Positions 55,052 to 63,470 of a stretch of 64,000 nt of DNA are shown in pieces. A model generated the notes under the pieces. It was not told the DNA's origin. It searched no databases and saw nothing but the letters and a program-made list of their open reading frames with translations. Numbering within the stretch: position 1 is the first letter of the stretch; each line of letters begins with the position of its first letter. Source of the stretch: Patescibacteria group bacterium UBA2772. Lineage in GTDB: Bacteria; Patescibacteriota; Minisyncoccia; Moranbacterales; DUUL01. The position numbers were made by a program, and so were the translations under genes. The stretch is taken from positions 4,099 to 68,098 of the forward strand of contig DEIO01000026.1 in NCBI GenBank assembly GCA_002352545.1, given 5' to 3'.

Positions 55052-58030
55052 ATGAAAAAATACAAAAAAATAGCGATGTTTTGTATTGCAGCAATGTTTT
55101 TGCTGCTGTTCAGTGTAAATGATGTATCTGCTGAGCCTCAGTGCAAGATTGTAGCAAAAAAAGGTGTTACTATTGATCTAGAAAGAATGTCAGAATGTAT
55201 GGAAGATAGGTATGGATTTGACAAAGATGCTCTGCGAAGAGGTAATAAGAAAAAAATGGTTCCATTAGTGGACGTTTCTTTTAACAAAACAGATCCAAAA
55301 GAGGGTGAAAAAGTTACAGCACTTGCTTCTCCTAAGGGTTTTAAGAATAGTATGGAGGATCTTTTCTATACCTGGTACATAGTACACACAAACGATGATG
55401 GATCATATGCTAACACCATTGAAGCTGGGAAGCAAGAAGCAATGGGTATTATAGCTAGAGGAGAATTTGATGCTGGTCTTTTCGGGATTAACTATGGTAC
55501 AGTTCCTGTTGCAGCAAGAGATGAAGATGGTTATAATGCTGCGTATGGAGGCGACGATGGTGTCGGTGCCAAAAGAGGAAAAAAGGCTGGTGAATGGGAT
55601 GACGAAACGGATAATATTTTTGGTGACGAAAATGAGCCAAATCCAGCAGAAAATCTTATGTTTGATGAAAAAAAACAAATTGTTAAGACAGACTCAATTT
55701 CACGTTGTTATAGACATAATTTTGGAGCACAAACAGATGAAAGTAATCTAGGAAAGCCTGGAAGTGGAGGAGCTTCGAAAGATAAACGAGCTGGAAGAGA
55801 TATGATTATCGATTGCGAACATGAATTTGCTAGATGTTTTTCAGGTGGTGGAGTTGTAGGAACTATCGGTGATGGTGACTTTGGTGTTACAGAGGAGGCT
55901 TGTTGGGGAACTGATCCAACAAATGCAGATACTGATGGAGATGGAATTATTGATGAAGCTGATCTAGCAGGACTTAATCAAACTCAATTAACTTGGATTT
56001 ATCGTCCTGGTGATAGAGTTGGAGTTATTATTGAAGGAACTTCTATGATTCCAATTTCTGAAGGAGGAGAAGAAACAACTTTTTCGATTAATGGATATAG
56101 AATAACAGATCCAGTTACTGGAGCGATTGTTGAGGTTGGTTCTAGAGCAGCAGCTTCTGGGTATTGCGAACAGTTTTTACCAGATAGTATTGATATGGGA
56201 GATGCCTCAGCTGGAGGAGCTGGAGGAGCTGGAGGAGCTGGGGGAGCGGCTTTGTCTGGAGGATCTGGAGGAACAGGTGGAAGTGCTAGTACTAATATTG
56301 ATCTGGATGCTGATATGACAGCTTATAATGTTGGAATGGCTCAATATGATGCATGTGATGATAGTTTGGAGGAGATATATGAATCAGGAGATGTGTCTGA
56401 CGCTGATGGAGAATTAAATGCTTATTATAAAATCATGTGGGCTGCGCCAGGAATTTGCTCAGGACATGATGAGAGTATGAACTTTATTGGAGATGATGAC
56501 TGTGAGCCTGGTTTCACACATTCCTCTGACTGGGGTTTTCCTTATCAAGCAACAATTTCAATTAATGAAACAGGTGGAACAGCGCTAGACCCTGAACTTA
56601 GCGTAATTCCAGAAGCACCTCAATATGATGGTGTAGAGCCTAACTTTGATAATAAAAGATCTGATTTAATTACTGTAAATGCTAGTTTAAGCAACGAAGG
56701 TGTTAATGAGGACTTTCTGCATTATAAGTGGAGTATAGATCGTTGTAATGGAAATGATTTTACTGCTTGTAATAATCCTGTTAATAATTTAAAGTACGAA
56801 TCTTTTACAGAAGGAATGGGTGTTAGAGAGCTTAAATTTTTACCAACATCTGATATATTTAATGGTGTTGCTAGTGACAAAGTTTGGTTAAGAGCAACAG
56901 TTATTGTTAGCGAGCATGAGTCTTTAGCTGGAGGCCAACATACAGATATTGACGGACGTACCGTTGGAGCGGTTGAAAGGATCTATTTTCCAGTTACTAA
57001 AAATATTGTTGATATAACTTTAAGTGGTGTAGAGGTTAATGGAGGTGGTAACTGGGCTGTTGATCCTGCTATTGGTGTAGGAGGTCTTATCTGTGATGCA
57101 AATTTATACAAAGATATTTGTCCAGTATATCCTTATCAAGCAATTAAAGCGCAAGCAGCGATTGCAGCTGGGGTTGCAGGAACAACCTATAAATATTCTT
57201 GGCAAATAAATGATACAAAAGTTGAAGCACCAGAGGATTATACTAATATCTCAGGGATGCTTAGTGCAGACAATCAAACCAATGAAATTTATATTCCAAT
57301 TCAAGCTGTTGAAGACGAAATTATTTCTTTGCAACTTACTACAAAAATAACACTTCCGTCCGGTGAAATGAGTGAACATGTTTCACAGAGAATCCTTTCT
57401 GCTGCAAGTCCAAAGCCAGCCATTGAACTTGTTGCCGGTGCTACAGCGACACTTAGGTCTGATGGTACGCCTTCGGATTCTGTTTATGAAGCTCGTAATT
57501 TACAAACTGTTACATTTAGAGCTCTTCCAGTACCAAGATATTTGACTATAAATGATCCTACTACTCCGCAAGAAGAACATGAAGTTGATTTGATTTGGTA
57601 TCTAAATGATATTGAGGTAGATGCACAATTTATTGCTGAGAACAGATTATTGCTAAATACAGCAGTTGGAGTTGATACAATAACGTTTACTATTCCAGTT
57701 GATATGACTTTGGCAACAGGTATTGATTTGAAGGCTAGGCTGGTTAAAAACTTTACCTCTGGTGCTGCAACAGATTATGTTGATATGATGAAAAGTACCT
57801 GGAGAGTCAATGATATTCATACACTAGCTAGTGACACAGCTATTTCTGTCAGAGCTGAATTCGATATGTTATTAGCTTCAGATACAACACTGAAACAATA
57901 TATAGCTTCTTCCTTTAGTAATGCACCGCATTATCTAATTTTTACAATAAGGCTTGCGATTGCAATGGTACTTATTTGGAGCATTATGTTTGGATTTTCT
58001 TATGCAGTTAGACTAAACAGAGAATTATAA
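55052..58030 (+). CDS. large surface protein: signal peptide, TSP3-like Ca-binding repeat, Gly-rich tract, C-terminal TM anchor
   Basis: 992 aa. Signal peptide FCIAAMFLLLFSVNDVSA, DPTNADTDGDGIIDEADL, AGGAGGAGGAGGAALSGGSGGTGGS, and C-terminal hydrophobic LIFTIRLAIAMVLIWSIMFGF. Confidence 0.6.
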   Translation: MKKYKKIAMFCIAAMFLLLFSVNDVSAEPQCKIVAKKGVTIDLERMSECMEDRYGFDKDALRRGNKKKMVPLVDVSFNKTDPKEGEKVTALASPKGFKNSMEDLFYTWYIVHTNDDGSYANTIEAGKQEAMGIIARGEFDAGLFGINYGTVPVAARDEDGYNAAYGGDDGVGAKRGKKAGEWDDETDNIFGDENEPNPAENLMFDEKKQIVKTDSISRCYRHNFGAQTDESNLGKPGSGGASKDKRAGRDMIIDCEHEFARCFSGGGVVGTIGDGDFGVTEEACWGTDPTNADTDGDGIIDEADLAGLNQTQLTWIYRPGDRVGVIIEGTSMIPISEGGEETTFSINGYRITDPVTGAIVEVGSRAAASGYCEQFLPDSIDMGDASAGGAGGAGGAGGAALSGGSGGTGGSASTNIDLDADMTAYNVGMAQYDACDDSLEEIYESGDVSDADGELNAYYKIMWAAPGICSGHDESMNFIGDDDCEPGFTHSSDWGFPYQATISINETGGTALDPELSVIPEAPQYDGVEPNFDNKRSDLITVNASLSNEGVNEDFLHYKWSIDRCNGNDFTACNNPVNNLKYESFTEGMGVRELKFLPTSDIFNGVASDKVWLRATVIVSEHESLAGGQHTDIDGRTVGAVERIYFPVTKNIVDITLSGVEVNGGGNWAVDPAIGVGGLICDANLYKDICPVYPYQAIKAQAAIAAGVAGTTYKYSWQINDTKVEAPEDYTNISGMLSADNQTNEIYIPIQAVEDEIISLQLTTKITLPSGEMSEHVSQRILSAASPKPAIELVAGATATLRSDGTPSDSVYEARNLQTVTFRALPVPRYLTINDPTTPQEEHEVDLIWYLNDIEVDAQFIAENRLLLNTAVGVDTITFTIPVDMTLATGIDLKARLVKNFTSGAATDYVDMMKSTWRVNDIHTLASDTAISVRAEFDMLLASDTTLKQYIASSFSNAPHYLIFTIRLAIAMVLIWSIMFGFSYAVRLNREL
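56210..56245 (+). repeat. tandem 9-bp coding repeat (GCTGGAGGA x3 + GCTGGGGGA)
   Basis: Read directly: gctggagga gctggagga gctggagga gctggggga, encoding AGG repeats within the 992-aa protein. Confidence 0.85.
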
Positions 58031-58044
58031 CATAATATCAGTAT

Positions 58045-58458
58045 ATGCGATTAGACAAAAATAAAAGTATTCTATTCATTGGCCTAGTGTTTTTGTTTCA
58101 AACTACTAGTGTTTTTGCTGGGGGGTACACAACAAAAGAACTTATTCCAGGTGAAGCTGTTGGCTCGAATGATTTCATGACTTATTTGAATTCGTTTTAT
58201 AATTTTGGTATTGCTATATCAGCATTACTTGCGGTGTTTATGATTGGGTTCGGTGCTTTTAAATATGTAGCTCTTTCTGCTGGAAATGCCTCGACTATGA
58301 GTGATGCGAAAGAAACTGTTTATAGTGCTATCTTTGGATTGACATTGGCTTTAATCGCTTGGTTAATTTTATATGTTATTAATCCTGATTTGGTGAATAA
58401 CTCAATGACAACAATTCCTACAATTAAAGATTGTACTAATCCGGCTAACTGTAAGTAG
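58045..58458 (+). CDS. T4SS pilin-like (VirB2/TrbC-like) small protein
   Basis: 137 aa. Signal peptide (LFIGLVFLFQTTSVFAGG), then two hydrophobic helices (FGIAISALLAVFMIGFGAF; AIFGLTLALIAWLILYVINPDLV). Architecture and the ..NP.L ending are as I recall for CPR/Firmicute T4SS pilins. Confidence 0.5.
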   Translation: MRLDKNKSILFIGLVFLFQTTSVFAGGYTTKELIPGEAVGSNDFMTYLNSFYNFGIAISALLAVFMIGFGAFKYVALSAGNASTMSDAKETVYSAIFGLTLALIAWLILYVINPDLVNNSMTTIPTIKDCTNPANCK

Positions 58459-58481
58459 AAATTTACGGACAAATTAAATAA

Positions 58482-59651
58482 ATGGCAAAAAAAGTTTTTA
58501 TAGTTTTTGTAATATTGTTTCTAACAATGTTATTAGGTTTCGCGATACACAGTATTTCTTCTGAGGAAGAGAGTTTTATTATTGGAGAGAAGCCAACAGG
58601 CGCGGAAGTTGGAGAAGAGGATGATCCAGGAGGGTCGAATCAAACTGATCCCGGGGAGGAAGAATTTAATGAAGGGAAACTTACCAAAATTATTGATGGA
58701 GGAATGGGAGTTGTTCGGGGAGTTACCTTGAATTATTCAACGGAACAAGTTTTATATTATCAGAAAAGAAACTTTTTACTAGCTAATTTTAATGGTAAAA
58801 CAAAAAGTTCAGTTGGGGGATATCCTTTCATTAATGTTAAGGATATAAAATGGAATATCACTAAAGAAAAAGCTTTAGTGAAGGACAATCATAGATACTA
58901 TATCTATGATTTAAATAAAAATAAAGCAGAAGAATTAAGCAAAAAAATTGATTATGCTGTTTGGTTTAAATATATGCTTAAAGATAAAATTGCATATAAG
59001 TTTTATGATGTTGATACAGGGAAGAGAAAATTAGCAATAGCAGATTCTGATGGACAAAATGAGGAAGTTTTAGTAGAAGAGTTGCCTTTTAGAATGGTTG
59101 GAATTGAAATACCAGAAAACGGTAGTAAGGTATGTTATTTTAGAGAACCAGATGCTAATTTTAAAGCTAGATTGAATTGTGTAAACTTAAAGACAAAGCA
59201 AAAGGAAATTTTACACAGAGGTTCATTTGCAGCTGATTATAGGTGGGCAAAAAATGGAAATAGAATACTAACTTCTTATGTTAGTGAGCAGATTGGTAGT
59301 AAAATGGTGTTGGGCTCAATGAATGGAAAAGGCGGTGAATTTAGAAGCTTTAATTTCCCAACATCAGTAGACAAGTGTGTCTGGTCTAAGGATAACAGAA
59401 AGATCTATTGTGCTATGATGGTTTTTAAAGAAAAAAACATTATATTACCAAATGACTGGAGTCTAAGTAAATATCAATCAATGGATACTTTCTGGGAACT
59501 TGATGTTGAGACTGGTAAAAAAAGAAGACTCTTAGAAAGTGCCGAAATGACTTCAGTCGATGCAACGAATTTATTTTTAGATAGTAATGAAGGAAAATTA
59601 TTTTTTACAGACAAAAATTCTAAAAGTGTCTATGTTATATCTTTGAAATAG
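58482..59651 (+). CDS. membrane-anchored extracytoplasmic protein, probable TolB-like (PD40) beta-propeller
   Basis: N-terminal TM helix, acidic linker, then repeats resembling PD40 blades (YRWAKNGNRILTSYV, CVWSKDNRKIYCAM, LFFTDKNSKSVYVISL). Confidence 0.4.
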   Translation: MAKKVFIVFVILFLTMLLGFAIHSISSEEESFIIGEKPTGAEVGEEDDPGGSNQTDPGEEEFNEGKLTKIIDGGMGVVRGVTLNYSTEQVLYYQKRNFLLANFNGKTKSSVGGYPFINVKDIKWNITKEKALVKDNHRYYIYDLNKNKAEELSKKIDYAVWFKYMLKDKIAYKFYDVDTGKRKLAIADSDGQNEEVLVEELPFRMVGIEIPENGSKVCYFREPDANFKARLNCVNLKTKQKEILHRGSFAADYRWAKNGNRILTSYVSEQIGSKMVLGSMNGKGGEFRSFNFPTSVDKCVWSKDNRKIYCAMMVFKEKNIILPNDWSLSKYQSMDTFWELDVETGKKRRLLESAEMTSVDATNLFLDSNEGKLFFTDKNSKSVYVISLK

Positions 59652-60843
59652 TTATTTCTTTAGGGTAAAACAAAAGAATGCCTAGAAATAACCAAAAAAT
59701 AACAGATAAGTCATTTTTCCAAATTGTTGTATCAATAATACCGTGAATAAGAAGATAAAACAGCATAAAGAAGATAAGCGCTCCTAGGGGCGTTTTTTTA
59801 GTATTCCACTTAGAGACGAATAAGATGATAATTCCAAAAAGTGAGAATAAACCACCTTCTACTAGAAAAAGTAAGAAATTATTGTGAGGATGTGGAACGG
59901 CCCATTGAGGAAAGGGAGGATTATAGCGCTGTTTTGACAGGTATTTTTCTTGAAAGTTTCCTGGCCCAATTCCTGTAAGATAATCGTTAGCAATAATTTG
60001 TCTAGTGACCTCATATATTACAATACGGGAATCAGTTGAAGTAGGAGGTGACTTTTGTGTATATCCTAAGGAAGAGGTTATTTTTTGAGAAAACAACAAT
60101 GTTATTGAGATACAGAAGATGATTGCAAGTAAAAGCAACTGAAGATTATTATAGCGTATATTTCTAATTTCTTTTACAAAAAATACAAAAAGTAGAACTA
60201 TTAGAGTTAGAAATGCACCAGTTGATGAAGTGGCTATTGTGGAAAAGGTGTGGATAAGAAGTAAAAGTAATAAAAAGTACTTTAAAATAGGGCTTTTAAA
60301 GTACTTTTTACTGTTGATAAGATTAATAAGCAGAAGAATCGATAAAGAGAGTAGTATGGCAAGGTGATTAGGTGAATCTAGAAAAATTTCAACTCTCCCA
60401 TCAAAAGTTAGTTCTTTGGTAAAAAAATAAAAAATCCCGGTACTTGCGAGAAAAGTACTCATAGAAAGATAGGATAGAAGGATATTTTTTATGGTAAGTA
60501 GCGACTTGTTTACTAAAAAAGAAACAGTCCAAGAGAAAAAGATTGGTAAAAACAAAAAACTTTTCAGAATGCCTAAATTATCAAAGATGTTTATTTTAGT
60601 TGTATTGAAAAGAAAGGAAACAAAAAAGCCAATAAATATGAACAAAAAAGCTATCTTTGTAAGTAGGGATATATTAAGAAAGTTTTTTAAATATTTTTTT
60701 CTTATTATCCAGGTTAGATTAGTAAGTACAGACAATAAAAGCAATAGATCAAGAATATTTAAACTAGCATTTCTAAAAAGAGGCACTTTGATTAAGTGAA
60801 GAGGAATCAGGGCAATAGTAATGTAATTTATGAGCTTAATCAT
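59635..60843 (-). CDS. O-antigen ligase/polymerase-like (Wzy_C) membrane protein
   Basis: About 10 TM helices. Periplasmic-loop motif PHPHNNFLLFLVEGGLFSLFG resembles the Wzy_C HN..L....E.G..G signature. Confidence 0.65.
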   Translation of the reverse strand: MIKLINYITIALIPLHLIKVPLFRNASLNILDLLLLLSVLTNLTWIIRKKYLKNFLNISLLTKIAFLFIFIGFFVSFLFNTTKINIFDNLGILKSFLFLPIFFSWTVSFLVNKSLLTIKNILLSYLSMSTFLASTGIFYFFTKELTFDGRVEIFLDSPNHLAILLSLSILLLINLINSKKYFKSPILKYFLLLLLLIHTFSTIATSSTGAFLTLIVLLFVFFVKEIRNIRYNNLQLLLLAIIFCISITLLFSQKITSSLGYTQKSPPTSTDSRIVIYEVTRQIIANDYLTGIGPGNFQEKYLSKQRYNPPFPQWAVPHPHNNFLLFLVEGGLFSLFGIIILFVSKWNTKKTPLGALIFFMLFYLLIHGIIDTTIWKNDLSVIFWLFLGILLFYPKEITISKI

Positions 60844-62092
60844 CTGTTGAGAGTCCCATTATTAAAAAAAACAAAGGTAGTACCCGGATTGAAAAAAGAG
60901 GTGTTTCAAACAATGAATGTATTATAAAAATAAAAACTGAAGTAGCGACTGCTTGTTTTAAAAATGGAGAATTTTTTTGTGAAGAGCCTAACATAATTAA
61001 AAATAGCGAAAGTATTAAAAAGCTTGTTCCAAAGATACCTATTTCAGAGGCAAAGTCTAAAAATAAATTGTGTGCATAAATAGGATTTCTCTCATTTTCC
61101 ATTGGAAAATTATATTTTGTAAAACTACCTAAGCCAACGCCATATAAAGGTTTTTCTTCGATGGTTTTCATTGCTAGGGTCCACATTTCTATCCTTCCAG
61201 AGTTGGAGCCTTCTCCTATGTCAAAAGATGAAAATAATCTTGTTGTTAATGGGTTTGGAATAACTAAACACAAAAAAATAAAAAACATTAAAAAAAGCAA
61301 AATCCCAAAATATTTTTTTAAAAGTGGGGTTGGGTGAGAAATAAAAAAAATAAAGAACAAGGAACTAGAAAAAAGTGCTAAATAAGAGGCCCTAGAGAAG
61401 GAAAGTAGACTCATTAAAAAACAGAAAAGAAAACCCAAAAGATAATATTTTTTCCCAGTTTTAAACCATAGATATAAAAAGAAAGGTAATGTTAGATTAA
61501 TAAAGATAGCAAAAAGATGTGGGTCTGGAAATGGTCCAAAGGTTCTTAATATGGTTGCTCCATTTATATTTACCATCCAACTAGGGAAAGCTAAAACCAT
61601 AGTTGAAAAATTTTCGCCTAAAAAGAAAACAGCTGATTTAGATGCAAACGCTAGAGCTCTATCTAGTCCTATTATAAATTGTAAAGAAAAAATAAGAAAA
61701 GCGTAAACAGAGGTCATAAAAGCTGACAAAACAAGCATCTTTAGTAGTTTTGTTCGTAAAATAGGTTTTTGTGTAATTGCAAAAGATAAAAAATAAACAG
61801 GTAAAAAAGACAACAAGAATAGATTTTTTTTGAAAGCTACAAAAAAATCAACTGACCAAAATATTGAAATGAAACAAATAAATAAAAAGCACAACAAACT
61901 CCAAAAACTCAATTTTTTATCTAATAAGAGTTTTTTATTTGAAATTGCAGTAAAAAACCAAAGTATGAAGATTAAAGGAAAAACAACCCTTACTAAGGAT
62001 AAATCAATTGAAGACGTTGGGTTTAGTCCAAAACTAAAAGGCAAAAAAAGAATAGAAATTAAAAAAAGATTTTCCCATGAAAATATTTTCAT
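60836..62092 (-). CDS. O-antigen ligase/polymerase-like (Wzy_C) membrane protein
   Basis: Polytopic, with motif YAHNLFLDFASEIGIFG. Overlaps the downstream paralog by 8 nt. Confidence 0.65.
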   Translation of the reverse strand: MKIFSWENLFLISILFLPFSFGLNPTSSIDLSLVRVVFPLIFILWFFTAISNKKLLLDKKLSFWSLLCFLFICFISIFWSVDFFVAFKKNLFLLSFLPVYFLSFAITQKPILRTKLLKMLVLSAFMTSVYAFLIFSLQFIIGLDRALAFASKSAVFFLGENFSTMVLAFPSWMVNINGATILRTFGPFPDPHLFAIFINLTLPFFLYLWFKTGKKYYLLGFLFCFLMSLLSFSRASYLALFSSSLFFIFFISHPTPLLKKYFGILLFLMFFIFLCLVIPNPLTTRLFSSFDIGEGSNSGRIEMWTLAMKTIEEKPLYGVGLGSFTKYNFPMENERNPIYAHNLFLDFASEIGIFGTSFLILSLFLIMLGSSQKNSPFLKQAVATSVFIFIIHSLFETPLFSIRVLPLFFLIMGLSTDD

Positions 62093-62856
62093 AGAGCTAG
62101 TTTTTTTAACATTTTTAATAAAGAAGCTTGAAGTTTACCGTGGTGTTTTTTAAAGAAGTAGTCCTGTGCTTGATAAAAAGCAGCTTTTTGTTTTTTATTA
62201 TCAGACCAACATTTTCCATCAAAATGTACAATGGAACTATTTGGAAAAAATACGATGTCGTAACCAGCCTTTTTTGTAAGTAAGCAAAGGTCTTGATCTT
62301 CAAAGTACATAAAAAAGTTTTTATCAAAACCGCCTATTTTTTCGAAGATAGCTTTTCTTATAAGAAGAGCTGTTCCGGAAACCCAATCAACTAATATAGG
62401 ATTTTTTTTGTTCCATGGTTTTAGGATTGTATTTCTGAACAATATTCCATAGAGAGATGTTTTTTTCCCACAAGTAAAGGGCTGCGAGGCCCCTCTGGAC
62501 GATTGAATTATACGAGGTCCAACAATGCCAACTTGTGGATTTTCTGATAGAAACACTAGTAACCTTTCTATACAATTCTTTTTTATTAAGGTGTCTGGGT
62601 TTAAAAAAAGAATATTTTTACCTTTTGCATACCGAGCACCAAGATTATTAGCTACACCAAAACCAAGGTTTTTTTTAGTTTGAATTATTTGGGAAATAAA
62701 TGGAAAACTTTTTTCAAGAGTGATTTTTTTAGAATCATTATTTACCAAGATTGTTTCAAAAGAAGTACCTGAAGATAGGGTTTTTTCTATACAAAAAAGA
62801 CAATTATTAAGTAATTTTTCGCTTCGATAATTAACTATGATTATTGTCAGTTCCAT
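62089..62856 (-). CDS. glycosyltransferase family 2
   Basis: LTIIIVNYRS..VNNDS..FLNPD..FFMYFEDQDLC pattern (GT-A, DxD). Overlaps the downstream gene by 4 nt. Confidence 0.8.
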   Translation of the reverse strand: MELTIIIVNYRSEKLLNNCLFCIEKTLSSGTSFETILVNNDSKKITLEKSFPFISQIIQTKKNLGFGVANNLGARYAKGKNILFLNPDTLIKKNCIERLLVFLSENPQVGIVGPRIIQSSRGASQPFTCGKKTSLYGILFRNTILKPWNKKNPILVDWVSGTALLIRKAIFEKIGGFDKNFFMYFEDQDLCLLTKKAGYDIVFFPNSSIVHFDGKCWSDNKKQKAAFYQAQDYFFKKHHGKLQASLLKMLKKLAL

Positions 62857-63036
62857 TTTTAGTACGAAAAGGTCAAAAGATTAGTAATTAAGTATAATCG
62901 AAAAAACGAAAAGGTCAAAAAAAGGGATTATTATTTCATTTTTTCCATAAAAAGAAGGTTGTTTTTTTTAATCAAACGAGTTACACTATAAGTAATAATT
63001 AATTTAGTGATTATTGAGGCACATTGAGGGCAATTA

Positions 63037-63342
63037 TTGTGTTTCATGAGTCTGGATAAACAAAATATGTCACCAAGACCAAAATTGTGTCGAAAAGTTC
63101 ATTTTCGACCGAAGTCATCCCTGTTTAAGCCAGAAGGGGTTCTAGATAAAAACCTAAAAGAAGTGGTTCTTGAACGAGAAGAGGCTGAAACATTGAGACT
63201 AGTAGACGAAAAAGGAATGAGTCAAACAGAAGCCGCTGGAAAGATGGATACATCTCAAAGTACGCTACAAAGGATTCTTTCGCGCGCTAGAACAAAAGTT
63301 GCACATGCAATTGTTCGAGGAAAGGCTATTCGAATCGAATAG
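63037..63342 (+). CDS. DUF134 (UPF0251) putative DNA-binding protein
   Basis: PRPKLCRKVHFRPKSSLFKPEG.. followed by an HTH-like LRLVDEKGMSQTEAAGKMDTSQSTLQRILSRARTKVA. The true start is probably an internal Met. Confidence 0.65.
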   Translation: MCFMSLDKQNMSPRPKLCRKVHFRPKSSLFKPEGVLDKNLKEVVLEREEAETLRLVDEKGMSQTEAAGKMDTSQSTLQRILSRARTKVAHAIVRGKAIRIE

Positions 63343-63470
63343 AGCTTATTCTTTATATATTATATATATTGATATCGCTTAATTTATTGCGATGACAAAC
63401 ATAGATAGGCGGGATTTTGTATTGCTAAGTTTCGCTTATTTGTTTATAAAAAATCAAAACTATTTTAGAT

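Noticed and set aside
45412-59651. Integrative conjugative element or plasmid-derived conjugation module
   Set aside because: No relaxase, VirD4-type coupling protein, integrase/recombinase, oriT-like inverted repeat or flanking direct repeats were seen. By eye, base composition and gene packing do not differ from the neighbouring core genes, and the cluster is adjacent to dnaA-dnaN. The complete genome is needed to be sure.
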